Shown here: positions 9,345-19,732 of the stretch, piece by piece
Layout: every line of letters starts with the position of its first letter
How positions within the stretch are numbered: position 1 is the stretch's first letter
From: Candidatus Cloacimonadales bacterium
Lineage (GTDB): Bacteria > Cloacimonadota > Cloacimonadia > Cloacimonadales > DAONDQ01
Direction of reading: 5' to 3'
Assembly: GCA_963662275.1 (NCBI GenBank)
Contig: OY759316.1
Location: forward strand, 2,272,001-2,336,000
DNA length: 64,000 bases
Translations under genes and position numbers: made by a program
Notes under the pieces: model-generated
The model's input: the letters and a program-made list of their open reading frames with translations, nothing else
Databases searched by the model: none
What the model was told of the DNA's origin: nothing

Positions 9345-12281
9345 TTATAGTTTCTTTTCCATTTCTTCCATGATATAAGATTCAATTGTGTCATTTTCCT
9401 TAAGATCCGTAAAGCCTTCAATGGAAATACCACAATCAGATCCTGCTTTCACTTCGCTTGCTTCATTGGCATAATGTTTCAACGAAGACATTTTACCATC
9501 ATGAATCAACACATCATTGCGATATACCCGAATTTGAGAATTACGCTGCATGATACCTTCCTTAACGAAGCAACCAGCGATTGTACCGACTTTTTTGATT
9601 CTGAATACTTGTTTGACCATTGCAGAACCTAAGAATTTCTCTTGGAAAGTCGGTTTTAGTAAACCAACCATAGCCAAGCGTACATCTTCTATAGCATTGT
9701 AGATAATCTGATATGTTTTGATCTCCACACCTTCATCTTCAGCAAGCTTTTTAGCCATTGCATTTGCTCTGACATGGAAACCTATAATTATCGCATCGGA
9801 AGCATTTGCCAAGTTTACATCTGCTTCAATGATTCCTCCAACAGATTTATGAATAATATTCACAGCTACTTCTGAAGTAGACAGCTTCTGGAATGAATCG
9901 CATAAAGCCTCAACAGAACCGTCAAAATCACCTTTTACAATGATCTTCAGTTCTGACATCTGATTTTCTTTAATACGGATGAATAGATTCTGGAGACTTG
10001 TCTTATTATGATATTTTTCTCTTTCTAAACGTATCTGTAAACGCTCCGAACTGATCTGCCGTGCAATTTTACTATCTGCGACCTGATTCAGGATATCACC
10101 TGCTTTTGGCACATCATTCAATCCATAGATTCTTGCTATATCAGAAGGGTGAAGTATTTTAATCTCCTGGAATCGTTCATTCTCTAATTTTCTTACTCTT
10201 CCATAGGTTGCACCGCAACAAACAACATCTCCTTTTGTTAAGGTTCCTTCCTGGAGGAGAATGGTAACAACGGCACCCATATGAGTATCTTTTTCTGCTT
10301 CGATCACAACACCGGAAGCAGGAACATCTTCCTTTGCTGTCAGTTCTTTCATTTCAGATGTAAGAAGAATCAATTCGAGTAAATCTGGTATCCCTTTACC
10401 GGTAACAGCAGAACATTTTGCCCAGGGAACTTCTCCACCATATTGTTCCAGATAGACTCCATTTTCCAATAATTGAGCGATGGTCTTATCGATATTAGCA
10501 TCAGGTAAATCAATCTTATTAATGGCTATAATCATGGATACGCCCGCTGCTTTAGCATGATCAATGGCTTCCTTGGTTTGAGGCATCACACCATCATTGG
10601 CAGCGACGACAATAATCGCAATATCAGTTGCATTTGCACCACGGGCACGCATTGCTGTAAAAGCTTCATGACCGGGTGTATCAAGGAACGTGATCTTATG
10701 TTTGTGATAGGTGATCTGATAAGCACCAATATGCTGGGTAATGCCACCGGATTCACCGGCAACGACATTGCTGTCTCGAATATAATCCAGGATGGAAGTC
10801 TTACCATGATCAACGTGTCCCATAATTGTTACAACAGGAGGACGGGTAACGTCTTCTGCATCCGTGTATTTTTCTGTTTCCTTTTCAATCAGATCAACCC
10901 CATATTCGTCTTCAAATTGCGCATGAAATTCAAATTCATTGCAGATCAATTCCAGGGTATCACGATCAAGACGCTGGTTTATATTCGCTAGCTGTCCCAT
11001 TTGAAAAAGCTTTCCGATGATCTCGGTAGGCTGTTTATTCATAATTTTCGCTAATTCACTTACAGAAGTGAATTCTCTAATGATTATCTCCCCAGTTTCA
11101 CTCATAACAATTTGTGATTGAGGTTCGCGAACATATTTTTTCTTTTTGTGAGACTTCGCCATCGTAGCACGAATGTTTTTTACAATTTCAGCTTCTTCTA
11201 TTTCAGTTGGTAAAGCATGTGTTGGCTTTTTCCCTTTTTTTGTGCTATTTATTTTGGCTTTTAAGTGTTTACTTTTATCTCCAAATTCTTCTACTCCTGC
11301 TTTGTTCTTTCCAAATTTCCGTGTGACAGGCACTTCTGTACCAACTCGTACAGATTTGCCTTCTGTACTATCAGTTTTTGAAGTAGGAGAAAATGACGGT
11401 TTGGGTTTGAAAGGTGTACGCACCCCAAATTTGTTCTGACCTGCTTCACCAGTTGATTGACCCTGGTATGCGTTATCTCTATATGGTGGTCGAGTGGAAG
11501 GTGGACCTGAAGGTCTACGATCACGATCATAGCCAGCACCACGTTGAGCATCACCAGGTCTATTATACTGTTGCTGGGGGCGATCTCCACCTGGTCTTGG
11601 ACCTTGTTGCTGATATCGATCACCACCCGGTCTTGGACCCTGTTGCTGATAGCGGTCTCCACCTGGTCTTGGACCCTGTTGCTGGTATCGGTCTCCACCC
11701 GGTCTTGGACCTTGGTTTGTTCCCTGTCCTTGTTGCGGAGGACGATTATACTGTTGCTGCCCGTCTGTTCTCTGACCACTCTGCTGGTATTGCCTTTCAG
11801 GTTGCCTTGGAGCTTGAGTTGGCTTATCGCCTGTTGGGCGGACAGTTCTGCCGTCTACAATACTAGCTTTTTCTTGGGCATGTGCACGTTTTTGCTGTTC
11901 TGTAGCAACATTTTCATTCGGTCTTAGCTGAGGTTGAACGACATCCGGTTTCTTTGTTTCTTTCACATGGATTTCAACTTCCTCAGTCTTTATCACTGTT
12001 TTAGGTTCTGGAACCTGATTCTCAACAAGTTTCTCGATAGCAGGTTTTGGTGGTTCCGGTACAGGTTCTTTTTTATGTTCCTGGAACGCTTTTCTGTCTA
12101 AATCTAATTTTTTAGCTGCATTTATCTGCTCATTAAACATACCGCGAATTCTGTTCGCAGTTTCATCTTCGATCTGGCTCAAATGACTTTTTACATCTAT
12201 ACCAAGATCATGTAAATGCTTCCGTAAGGCAGCAGATGATATTTTTAATTCTTTCGAAAGATCCTGAACTCTTATGGACAA
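9345..12281 (-). CDS. infB: translation initiation factor IF-2
   Basis: RPPVVTIMGHVDHGKT, DTPGHEAF, NKID. Confidence 0.98.
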   Translation of the reverse strand: MSIRVQDLSKELKISSAALRKHLHDLGIDVKSHLSQIEDETANRIRGMFNEQINAAKKLDLDRKAFQEHKKEPVPEPPKPAIEKLVENQVPEPKTVIKTEEVEIHVKETKKPDVVQPQLRPNENVATEQQKRAHAQEKASIVDGRTVRPTGDKPTQAPRQPERQYQQSGQRTDGQQQYNRPPQQGQGTNQGPRPGGDRYQQQGPRPGGDRYQQQGPRPGGDRYQQQGPRPGGDRPQQQYNRPGDAQRGAGYDRDRRPSGPPSTRPPYRDNAYQGQSTGEAGQNKFGVRTPFKPKPSFSPTSKTDSTEGKSVRVGTEVPVTRKFGKNKAGVEEFGDKSKHLKAKINSTKKGKKPTHALPTEIEEAEIVKNIRATMAKSHKKKKYVREPQSQIVMSETGEIIIREFTSVSELAKIMNKQPTEIIGKLFQMGQLANINQRLDRDTLELICNEFEFHAQFEDEYGVDLIEKETEKYTDAEDVTRPPVVTIMGHVDHGKTSILDYIRDSNVVAGESGGITQHIGAYQITYHKHKITFLDTPGHEAFTAMRARGANATDIAIIVVAANDGVMPQTKEAIDHAKAAGVSMIIAINKIDLPDANIDKTIAQLLENGVYLEQYGGEVPWAKCSAVTGKGIPDLLELILLTSEMKELTAKEDVPASGVVIEAEKDTHMGAVVTILLQEGTLTKGDVVCCGATYGRVRKLENERFQEIKILHPSDIARIYGLNDVPKAGDILNQVADSKIARQISSERLQIRLEREKYHNKTSLQNLFIRIKENQMSELKIIVKGDFDGSVEALCDSFQKLSTSEVAVNIIHKSVGGIIEADVNLANASDAIIIGFHVRANAMAKKLAEDEGVEIKTYQIIYNAIEDVRLAMVGLLKPTFQEKFLGSAMVKQVFRIKKVGTIAGCFVKEGIMQRNSQIRVYRNDVLIHDGKMSSLKHYANEASEVKAGSDCGISIEGFTDLKENDTIESYIMEEMEKKL
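11569..11715 (-). repeat. 36-bp coding tandem repeat in infB (4x QGPRPGGDRYQQ)
   Basis: Visible in both DNA and translation. Confidence 0.9.
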
Positions 12282-12298
12282 AAGGCCTCCAAATTTAC

Positions 12299-12676
12299 TT
12301 ATTCAGCCAGTAACTTCAATATACCGGCAGCAAAATTCTTATCGATAATACCGAGTATTCCGATTTCCATGGCATCAAATGCTTGACCATATAGCTTTTT
12401 ATTACCAACTTTTATCAGCTTCGACTTTATGGTCAAAAGTCTTTCCACTTTTTCGTACGAGTTTTTTGCCAGATCCTCCGCTACTATGATAAGTTTGCAT
12501 TTATGCTGATTGATTCCTCTTTCAACATTATCTATTCCGATGACTAGTTTTCCTGCTTTCCGACTCATATGCAGAAGTTGGATAAATTTCTCCAATACCT
12601 GCTCATTCGGACTAAATTTAGTCACCTCTAAGTTACTTTCCTGTTGAGTCTTTTCTTTATTTTTTTTATCAACCAT
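12299..12676 (-). CDS. L7Ae/L30e-family RNA-binding protein (YlxQ-like)
   Basis: RKAGKLVIG, LIIVAEDLA; located between ylxR and infB. Confidence 0.85.
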   Translation of the reverse strand: MVDKKNKEKTQQESNLEVTKFSPNEQVLEKFIQLLHMSRKAGKLVIGIDNVERGINQHKCKLIIVAEDLAKNSYEKVERLLTIKSKLIKVGNKKLYGQAFDAMEIGILGIIDKNFAAGILKLLAE

Positions 12677-12876
12677 TTATCGAGATGCTCCAGACATCTT
12701 TTATCCATTTCTGAGCAAATATAAAATCCACGACCGGACATCATTTGTCGTAAATCAAAGATAACCTGCTCTTTCAATATGACAAATTTTAGAAGGGAAC
12801 TACGGTCAATCTTTTTCTTACAGATCACGCAACTGCGCTCAGGAACATGGTCTGCATGAGATGAACGATTCGGCAT
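12628..12876 (-). CDS. ylxR: YlxR/DUF448 family protein
   Basis: PERSCVIC...GRGFYIC; follows nusA. Confidence 0.85.
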   Translation of the reverse strand: MPNRSSHADHVPERSCVICKKKIDRSSLLKFVILKEQVIFDLRQMMSGRGFYICSEMDKRCLEHLDKWLIKKIKKRLNRKVT

Positions 12877-14111
12877 TAAAATGCCTTTGCAGCTTCCTTC
12901 AGTTTTTCGGCAGTCTTCAGTCCCAACCCTTCCAGGTTCTTTAATTCTTCTATGGAAGCATTATATATGTCTTGTACAGAAGTATATCCATGTTGCTTCA
13001 GAATTTCAGTAATTTTAGGTGTGACACCATCAAGTTCCATAATATGACTGACAATTCTTTGTTCTTCGGATATTTTTTCCTCATACTCTTCTAAAGTAAA
13101 TATATCTAATTTATAACCTGTTAATTTTGCAGCGAGTTTGACATTCTGTCCCTTTTTTCCTATCGCCAGGTTCTTATTCTTTTCAGACACTATCACCCTG
13201 GCAAATTTACCACGTTCTGATACAATGACTCTTTCAACAAGATCAGGACCAACAGCGCTGGCAATTAAATTGTCGGCGTTTTCATCAAAAGGAACAATAT
13301 CAATCTGTTCACCATGAAGCTCTTTGCGTATATGTTCCAGACGAAATCCTTTCACACCGAAACAACTGCCTGAAACATCAATGGCTTTATTATTAGAGAC
13401 GACCTCGACCTTAGTACGAATTCCCGGTTCACGTACGATTTTCTTGATTTCAATTTCACGATTCAGGATTTCGGGCACTTCTAACTCAAAGAGTTTTTTT
13501 ACGAACTCAGGATTTGTTCGAGAAAGAATCACAGTAACTCCCGAATCTTTTTTCCTGATATTAATCACATAGGCACGAATGATATCACCATTTTTATAAT
13601 ACTCATCTTCAACTTGTTCTTCCGGTGGTAGAAGTGCTTCTGTGTAACCGATATCTACTTTATAACCATTGAATTCATTAGATTTGATTCGTCCTGAGAC
13701 AATCGTATTCTTCTGCTTTTCATAATCAAAAAGGATTCTGTCTTCTTCCAGTTTTTTAAAGTTCTCTTGGATTGCTTTGCGTGCGTTTTTAATTACTTTT
13801 GGTTCAAATTCACTAATGGGCATTTCCACGACAATCGCATCACCTATTTCAATATGTCTGCCATATTCATCCCGTGCATCATGGAGTGAGATTTCTCCCA
13901 ACTTTGTGTCAGTTTCCACAACAATACGGGTGAATTTAGCCACGACCGTATTACTATCAAAATCAGCGATAATTACCAGGTCATTATCCGGTTCCAGTTT
14001 TTTTTCGATAGACTGATACAAACTAGTTTGGATAATATCTTTGATCTTAGTTTTATCTAACTGTTTGAGATTTGCTAATTCATTTAATGAGGAAAGCAAG
14101 GAAGCGCTCAT
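12876..14111 (-). CDS. nusA: transcription termination/antitermination factor NusA
   Basis: LSRT.P.FV..LFELEVPEI, REPG.RTK, AIGKKGQNVKLA; C-terminal HhH. Confidence 0.97.
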   Translation of the reverse strand: MSASLLSSLNELANLKQLDKTKIKDIIQTSLYQSIEKKLEPDNDLVIIADFDSNTVVAKFTRIVVETDTKLGEISLHDARDEYGRHIEIGDAIVVEMPISEFEPKVIKNARKAIQENFKKLEEDRILFDYEKQKNTIVSGRIKSNEFNGYKVDIGYTEALLPPEEQVEDEYYKNGDIIRAYVINIRKKDSGVTVILSRTNPEFVKKLFELEVPEILNREIEIKKIVREPGIRTKVEVVSNNKAIDVSGSCFGVKGFRLEHIRKELHGEQIDIVPFDENADNLIASAVGPDLVERVIVSERGKFARVIVSEKNKNLAIGKKGQNVKLAAKLTGYKLDIFTLEEYEEKISEEQRIVSHIMELDGVTPKITEILKQHGYTSVQDIYNASIEELKNLEGLGLKTAEKLKEAAKAF

Positions 14112-14584
14112 AGTTTCTCCTTTTTAACGCCAAAATCAAAAACTGTCCTGGCTTTTCTTATGGCTGAAAAGGCAATTTCCTGCGTTTCTTCCCCAACCTG
14201 CAATTTGACAGTATCGGGGTTCACTTCCAGGAGTATACCTTCTATTGTTAATTTCTCATTCTCCAAGTTATATTGAATCCGTACCTTTTCGTTGATTGCA
14301 CTCAGATAATGTTTTTTGAATTTCAAAGGACGCTCCAGCCCTGGTGAAGAAACTTCCAGAAAATACTTATTAGGAATCAGATCAAGTTCTTCAAGTATAT
14401 GTCCCATAGATCGATTAACTCTTGTACATTCTTCTAAAGTTACACCACCAATTTTCGTAATCTGAACTGATATCACTTCACCTTTCTGGGTCATGATATT
14501 TTCAAAATCATATATCGAAACACCCGCATCAGAACATACCTGCTTGGCAATTTCTTCTAGTTTTTCCTTCATGTCTTTTGGCAT
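14108..14584 (-). CDS. rimP: ribosome maturation factor RimP
   Basis: YFLEVSSPGLERPL. Confidence 0.95.
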   Translation of the reverse strand: MPKDMKEKLEEIAKQVCSDAGVSIYDFENIMTQKGEVISVQITKIGGVTLEECTRVNRSMGHILEELDLIPNKYFLEVSSPGLERPLKFKKHYLSAINEKVRIQYNLENEKLTIEGILLEVNPDTVKLQVGEETQEIAFSAIRKARTVFDFGVKKEKL

Positions 14585-14605
14585 TTACTCTCTCTATCAA
14601 TAATG

Positions 14606-14726
14606 AAACCACTGTTTAGCAGTGGTTTAACGATTTTTGAATATAAAAAAACTGACATCCGCGTCAGCTTTCAACAATCCGTTCTCAATTTCATGACGAT
14701 AGAAAATGAGTCTGTTTATATGTCAA
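14606..14726 (-). promoter_or_regulatory. rimP-nusA operon promoter and structured leader
   Basis: Minus-strand TTGACA at 14726-14721; hairpin CTGAC-GCGGAT-GTCAG plus T7 (about 14645-14667); second hairpin AAACCACTG/CAGTGGTTT (14606-14628). Confidence 0.6.
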
Positions 14727-14780
14727 GGAGTTTGTGTAATTAAGGTATGTATCAGGTGATGAGACTGTTCGTAACATTTC

Positions 14781-15848
14781 TTAAGACAGATAGATAAAAG
14801 TAGGATACATATTTTTTTTACTAACTGGAAATGTAATGCGATATTCTGTACCATTTTGCGATGATATTTCCATATGCCCCTGGATTTGCTCTACAAGAGA
14901 ATTAATTAAAAAAGTACCAAAACCTGTATCATCAGAATCGGAGTGAACTGTCTTTCTACCTACACCATCATCACCTATAACAAGTTCGCCAGTATTTTCT
15001 GCAATCTTCCTAATTGAAATATGAATAGTACCTTGACGATAGCCAGGGAAAGCATATTTAAATGTATTTGATAAAATTTCATTGATAATCAGCCCTATAT
15101 ATATGAGTGAGTCTACATCAAGATGAAGTTCTTCATCAATAATTTGATATGAGATATTGGAATTTCCATTAAATGTATGAGTTATTTCGTGGATTAAATC
15201 CCCAAAATAATCAACGGATGAGATATTCGTGAAATCCACCGATTTATACAACTTATCATAAATCATCATCATGTTGAAGAGTCTTGAACTCATGTCTCTC
15301 AGTATTGATTTGCTTGTTTCATCAATCACTAAATCCTTGTGAAGTTCGACAATAGATATAATCAAGCTCATGTTGTTTTTGATCCTGTGATGAACTTCTC
15401 TTAGCATAAGCTCCTTCTCGTCTAACATTCTACGAATCTGAGCTTCAGCTTTCTTTCGGTTTTCTTGTTCCTTGGATAGATTAATAGCTAACTCGATAGC
15501 ATTTTTCAACCTACTCAAATGATCTTTGATAACATAATCCATAGCTCCCTGTTTTAATAAAGCAACCGCTGCCTCCTCCCCGATGGCACCAGAGACGCAA
15601 ATGAATGGGCAACCAGGGCAAATTCTCTTCACTTGTTCAAGAGCTTCAGAAGCATTATAGAATGGCAGGAAATAATCAGCCAGAATGATATCGTAATGCA
15701 CATTAGTAATTTGATGGATAAATTCCTTCTCATTTCGAGCGATATCGACAATGCATTTCTCTATACTCATCAGTAGATATCTTCTGATAAGCTCTGCATC
15801 ATTCTCATTATCCTCTAAATAAAGGATTTGAAGATTGTTGTTTAACAC
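14781..15848 (-). CDS. receiver domain + HisKA_2/HWE-type histidine kinase
   Basis: LEDNEND, ILADY, EVHHRIKNN, DDGVG, GFG; GTG start after AAGGAG. Confidence 0.9.
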   Translation of the reverse strand: MLNNNLQILYLEDNENDAELIRRYLLMSIEKCIVDIARNEKEFIHQITNVHYDIILADYFLPFYNASEALEQVKRICPGCPFICVSGAIGEEAAVALLKQGAMDYVIKDHLSRLKNAIELAINLSKEQENRKKAEAQIRRMLDEKELMLREVHHRIKNNMSLIISIVELHKDLVIDETSKSILRDMSSRLFNMMMIYDKLYKSVDFTNISSVDYFGDLIHEITHTFNGNSNISYQIIDEELHLDVDSLIYIGLIINEILSNTFKYAFPGYRQGTIHISIRKIAENTGELVIGDDGVGRKTVHSDSDDTGFGTFLINSLVEQIQGHMEISSQNGTEYRITFPVSKKNMYPTFIYLS

Positions 15849-15861
15849 TATTGTTTTCTCC

Positions 15862-16107
15862 TTACATCTGTGAAACATCAGGAGGGATTTCATTAATCTG
15901 ATTTGTTTTTATATCGTAAATGCTGGAAAGTTCACTTCGAATCTGATCCATATAGGATATGAAATCATATCTCAGAGACACAGCAAATAAAATGAATATA
16001 ACCATGATATTGAGTATAAAACCTTGGAAATTAATAGACATCCCACATTTTCTCATATGTCCGGTTTTATCATTGTCCTTCTTTTGATTCTCATTCTCAT
16101 TAACCAT
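15862..16107 (-). CDS. small single-pass membrane protein
   Basis: GGAGG RBS, one hydrophobic segment, abuts the kinase gene. Confidence 0.6.
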   Translation of the reverse strand: MVNENENQKKDNDKTGHMRKCGMSINFQGFILNIMVIFILFAVSLRYDFISYMDQIRSELSSIYDIKTNQINEIPPDVSQM

Positions 16108-16341
16108 TACTCCTCCATACTGTCAATGAGTCACATAAAAAATCCAATCCCAAGAAATCAATATTACGAGAAAATATAATCAATATCAATCTCACTGCAA
16201 CATAAATAGTTGAAAACTAATGCAGTATCAGCATCAGGAAATTATGATAGTTGGATTATTATGTAATAAATTAAGATATAAGCTAGTTTAAGTACTATAT
16301 TCTTTAGCAGAATAGAAATATGTGTAATCAACTCTAAAATT

Positions 16342-17001
16342 TTATGAATTCATTGCAGACACATTAGCTTTGATAAAATCTTCAAAAGAAAAGACTTCAA
16401 TTTTCTTGTATTGCTGAATTAGATCAAAGACCCTTGTTGCTTCGTTCTCTAAAGTATTCATATCTCCATCATTGTAGACAACAACATCAGCAAGTTCAGC
16501 TTTTTTTGTCTCCGACATTTGGGCATTCATTCTTTTCAATGCCTCTACCCTATCCATTCGATGTTCAGTCAGTCTCTGTAATCGATTTTCATTAGAAGAT
16601 GTAACCAGGATATTGATGTCAAAACACTTCTGTAGTCCAGTTTCAAAAAGCAGTGGAATTTCGTATCCCAATATCGGATTCATACATAAGGAGATATTTC
16701 GCTCCATTTCCCGTAAAATCATTGGGTGTACCAGTTGGTTTAAGAATTTCAATTCCTGCTGATCATTGAACACAATAGAGGCAATCTTTTCTCGGTTAAT
16801 TTTAGATAGCTCCAGGATTTGATCACCCCATCGTATCACCAAAATATCTCTGACAACCTCGTTATCTAAAACATCATGACCAATATGATCTGTATCCAAG
16901 ATAGATAATCCAAGATCTCTCAGCATCCCTGTAAATAATGTTTTACCAGTAGCGATTCCACCTGTGATCGCAAAAAGAAAAGGTCTATTTGTTTGTGGCA
17001 T
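16342..17001 (-). CDS. coaE: dephospho-CoA kinase
   Basis: ITGGIATGKT, EIPLLFE. Confidence 0.95.
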   Translation of the reverse strand: MPQTNRPFLFAITGGIATGKTLFTGMLRDLGLSILDTDHIGHDVLDNEVVRDILVIRWGDQILELSKINREKIASIVFNDQQELKFLNQLVHPMILREMERNISLCMNPILGYEIPLLFETGLQKCFDINILVTSSNENRLQRLTEHRMDRVEALKRMNAQMSETKKAELADVVVYNDGDMNTLENEATRVFDLIQQYKKIEVFSFEDFIKANVSAMNS

Positions 17002-17731
17002 CTGCAATCCTTTGCATTAATTCTTCAAATGGTACGTTAGGTATCAATACTCCGTGTTGGGCAATTGAGACATGCCCTGTTTCCTCTGAAACAACAATCG
17101 CAAAAGCATCTGAAATTTCCGAAATACCAACAGCAGCCATATGACGCATACCGTATCTTTTCAGATATTCTTCACGACTGGAAAGAGGAAGCACTGCTTT
17201 AGCTGCTAAAATTCGCTCACCCCTAATAATCACAGCTCCATCATGTAGAATTGAACCGGAAGTAAATATGGAAAGCAATAATCGAACCGAAATGGCTGCA
17301 TCAATGACTTCTGCCTTATCGATGAATCGATCCAGGGGATAGGATAATTCAATTACAATCAAAGCTCCCATCTTTCGAAAGGACATTGATGAAATTGCAT
17401 CCATTAAATGTCCGTAAAAGAAAGTCTCCTTTTTTTTAAAAATTGCTCCAAAATTCTTACTTAGGTGAATTTTGGATAACATACTTCGCAATTCCGGTTG
17501 AAATAGTATGATGATCGCAAGCACCCATACATTTTTTAAAGTACGTAAAACAGCGGACATCATCTCCAAGTGAAACAAGGCGGCTGTATAATATAACAAG
17601 AAGACAACGATCAATCCAAAAAGAATCTGGTAACCACCTGTCCGTTTGGTGATAACAAAAACTTCATACAAAATGATAGACACTAAGATAATGTCAATGA
17701 TATCATTCAGTTTTGGAATTAAAAAATCCAT
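16985..17731 (-). CDS. cdaA: diadenylate cyclase CdaA
   Basis: 3 TM helices, FQPELR, LHDGAV, GMRHMAA, VSEETG. Confidence 0.93.
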   Translation of the reverse strand: MDFLIPKLNDIIDIILVSIILYEVFVITKRTGGYQILFGLIVVFLLYYTAALFHLEMMSAVLRTLKNVWVLAIIILFQPELRSMLSKIHLSKNFGAIFKKKETFFYGHLMDAISSMSFRKMGALIVIELSYPLDRFIDKAEVIDAAISVRLLLSIFTSGSILHDGAVIIRGERILAAKAVLPLSSREEYLKRYGMRHMAAVGISEISDAFAIVVSEETGHVSIAQHGVLIPNVPFEELMQRIADATNK

Positions 17732-17739
17732 TAATCTTC

Positions 17740-18582
17740 CTAGCTTTTATTGATCGCGTTGAGAACTAACAAAAACTGTCTGTTGGGCTGGATGTCATGA
17801 ACCCGTATTATATCAACATGATGCTGATAAGAAAGGGCTGTTACAGCCAATGTACCACCCAAACGATCATGAACTTCACAAGGATCGATCATGTTGATGA
17901 AACCTTTCCTTGAAGCTCCAATCAATATTGGTAAATCAAAAATCCTGAACTTCGCAATATTGCGTAGAATTTGAAGATTATCCCCTAATCGCTTTCCAAA
18001 TCCAATTCCAGGATCAAGTATTATCCTACTTCTCTGAATTCCATTATCGATACAGAATTGAATCCTTTCAGTAAAAAAATCCAGTAATTCGCTTACTACA
18101 TTCTCATAGAAAGGATTCTCCTGCATACTTTGGGGTATCCCCTGCATATGCATCAGGATTATCGCAACATTCTTGTTTCCAGTAAGGACTTCAATCATCT
18201 TAGGATCAAATCGCAGAGCACTGATATCATTGATAATTCGAACACCTTCCCTGATACCGGCTTCAGCGACTTCAGCTTTTGTGGTATCAAGCGATATAGG
18301 AATTTGTGAATGTCTCCTGATACCAGAGATTATAGGAATTACTCTTTCCAGCTCCGTTTGCACAGGCAAGGGTATGGCACCTGGTCGCGATGATTCACCA
18401 CCTATATCGATAATATCAGCTCCCTCCCTGATAAGAGAGAATGCATGCTCAACTGCCGAATCCCTCTGGATAAACTTATTTCCATCAGAAAATGAATCCG
18501 GAGTAACATTCAGTATTCCCATAAGCAAGGGAATCTGGCTGGATGAAAAATCAGGGATCAATTCTTCTATCATATGTTTCAT
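17740..18582 (-). CDS. folP: dihydropteroate synthase
   Basis: MGILNVTPDSFSDG, GGESSRPG, DPGIGFGK, SRK, RVHD. Confidence 0.95.
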   Translation of the reverse strand: MKHMIEELIPDFSSSQIPLLMGILNVTPDSFSDGNKFIQRDSAVEHAFSLIREGADIIDIGGESSRPGAIPLPVQTELERVIPIISGIRRHSQIPISLDTTKAEVAEAGIREGVRIINDISALRFDPKMIEVLTGNKNVAIILMHMQGIPQSMQENPFYENVVSELLDFFTERIQFCIDNGIQRSRIILDPGIGFGKRLGDNLQILRNIAKFRIFDLPILIGASRKGFINMIDPCEVHDRLGGTLAVTALSYQHHVDIIRVHDIQPNRQFLLVLNAINKS

Positions 18583-18583
18583 A

Positions 18584-19321
18584 TTATTTGATCTGGTATA
18601 TAAAAGTGATCCTTCCCTTTCGAATCTGCCTGCCAATATATTGAGTGAATCTCCATTGCTGAAGTGATTCTACACTCAAATCATCCATCCGAGGATCTGC
18701 TTTCTTTATTACAATTACTGAGTTTTGATCAACACTGCCATTAGGAAAGACAGAAAATTGAAGGACGACTTTTGCATTTTTTTCAATTCCTTTTGGATAT
18801 TCAGGTATTTTTTTATACACAACACTGCTTTCCTGAAGATCTCCTTCCAAATAAAATGGAGAGTTCCCTCGAACATTTCCCTGGTTCTGGTCCGAAGTTT
18901 TTATAAGTGATTTCGCGGTCATTTTGGGAACAGGTCCTTTATAATCAGTATCTGCTATGCCTCGCGGGTTTCCATCAATGACACGAGTCTGTGATCTCCC
19001 TAAATCCATAGGCGCATCAGTACGCATCACATTCATCTTCATCTGAACATTATTATTCATGATATCAGTCGGGGCAAATACATGCTGTTCTTCTTTATTG
19101 ATATCATCTCCGAATTTCGGTAATGCCAAAGGTACGTTTGTATCAGCACCAGTGGGATTGGATAGGATATCCGTTCCACTCATATCAACGGAAATCACTT
19201 CAATCTCACTACTGGCAGCTCCAGGCAAATAATTCATATGGAACAAAAAGAATAAAGAGAACAGAATGACATGAATAAGTATTGAAAACATCACTCCATT
19301 GCGAAAATAAGAATTATTCAT
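18584..19321 (-). CDS. tonB: energy transducer TonB family protein
   Basis: N-terminal TM with S..IH, C-terminal PEYP...F.V..NGSV...W.F; follows exbBD. Confidence 0.8.
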   Translation of the reverse strand: MNNSYFRNGVMFSILIHVILFSLFFLFHMNYLPGAASSEIEVISVDMSGTDILSNPTGADTNVPLALPKFGDDINKEEQHVFAPTDIMNNNVQMKMNVMRTDAPMDLGRSQTRVIDGNPRGIADTDYKGPVPKMTAKSLIKTSDQNQGNVRGNSPFYLEGDLQESSVVYKKIPEYPKGIEKNAKVVLQFSVFPNGSVDQNSVIVIKKADPRMDDLSVESLQQWRFTQYIGRQIRKGRITFIYQIK

Positions 19322-19731
19322 TGTATGGAAGTCCTGACCTTTTGTGTAGCTATATATATGCGTTCGTAGCCACTTTGTTTAATAATATCCATGACTTTTA
19401 CAACATTCTTCAATTCCGTAACTTCATCTGCACGCAGATATACAACTTGCAAGTCATCAGCAGTTTTTACCTGGATTAAGGTACTTCCGAGTTGTTCCCA
19501 TGAGACAGGCTGATTATCAACAAATACTTGGTTGTCGGTGGTAAGCGTGACAGAAATCGTTTTCGGATTTTGTTGAGCTTGGTTTGTGGATGCCGGTAGT
19601 TTGATGGGAATACCGCTCTGTGTTACAAAACTTGAGGCTATCAGCACGAAGAGGAGGAGGAGAAAAACCACATCCGTCATGGAAATCAGTATGGAAGTGC
19701 TGATATGTTTTTTTGTGGTTTCAAACTTCAT
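19318..19731 (-). CDS. exbD: ExbD/TolR family protein
   Basis: MTDVVFLLLLF, LRAD. Confidence 0.9.
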   Translation of the reverse strand: MKFETTKKHISTSILISMTDVVFLLLLFVLIASSFVTQSGIPIKLPASTNQAQQNPKTISVTLTTDNQVFVDNQPVSWEQLGSTLIQVKTADDLQVVYLRADEVTELKNVVKVMDIIKQSGYERIYIATQKVRTSIQ

Positions 19732-19732
19732 T

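Noticed and set aside
10557..11927. Overlapping or antisense ORFs within infB (and similar ones within other genes)
   Set aside because: Shadow frames of well-supported genes; the repeats merely mirror the IF-2 repeat
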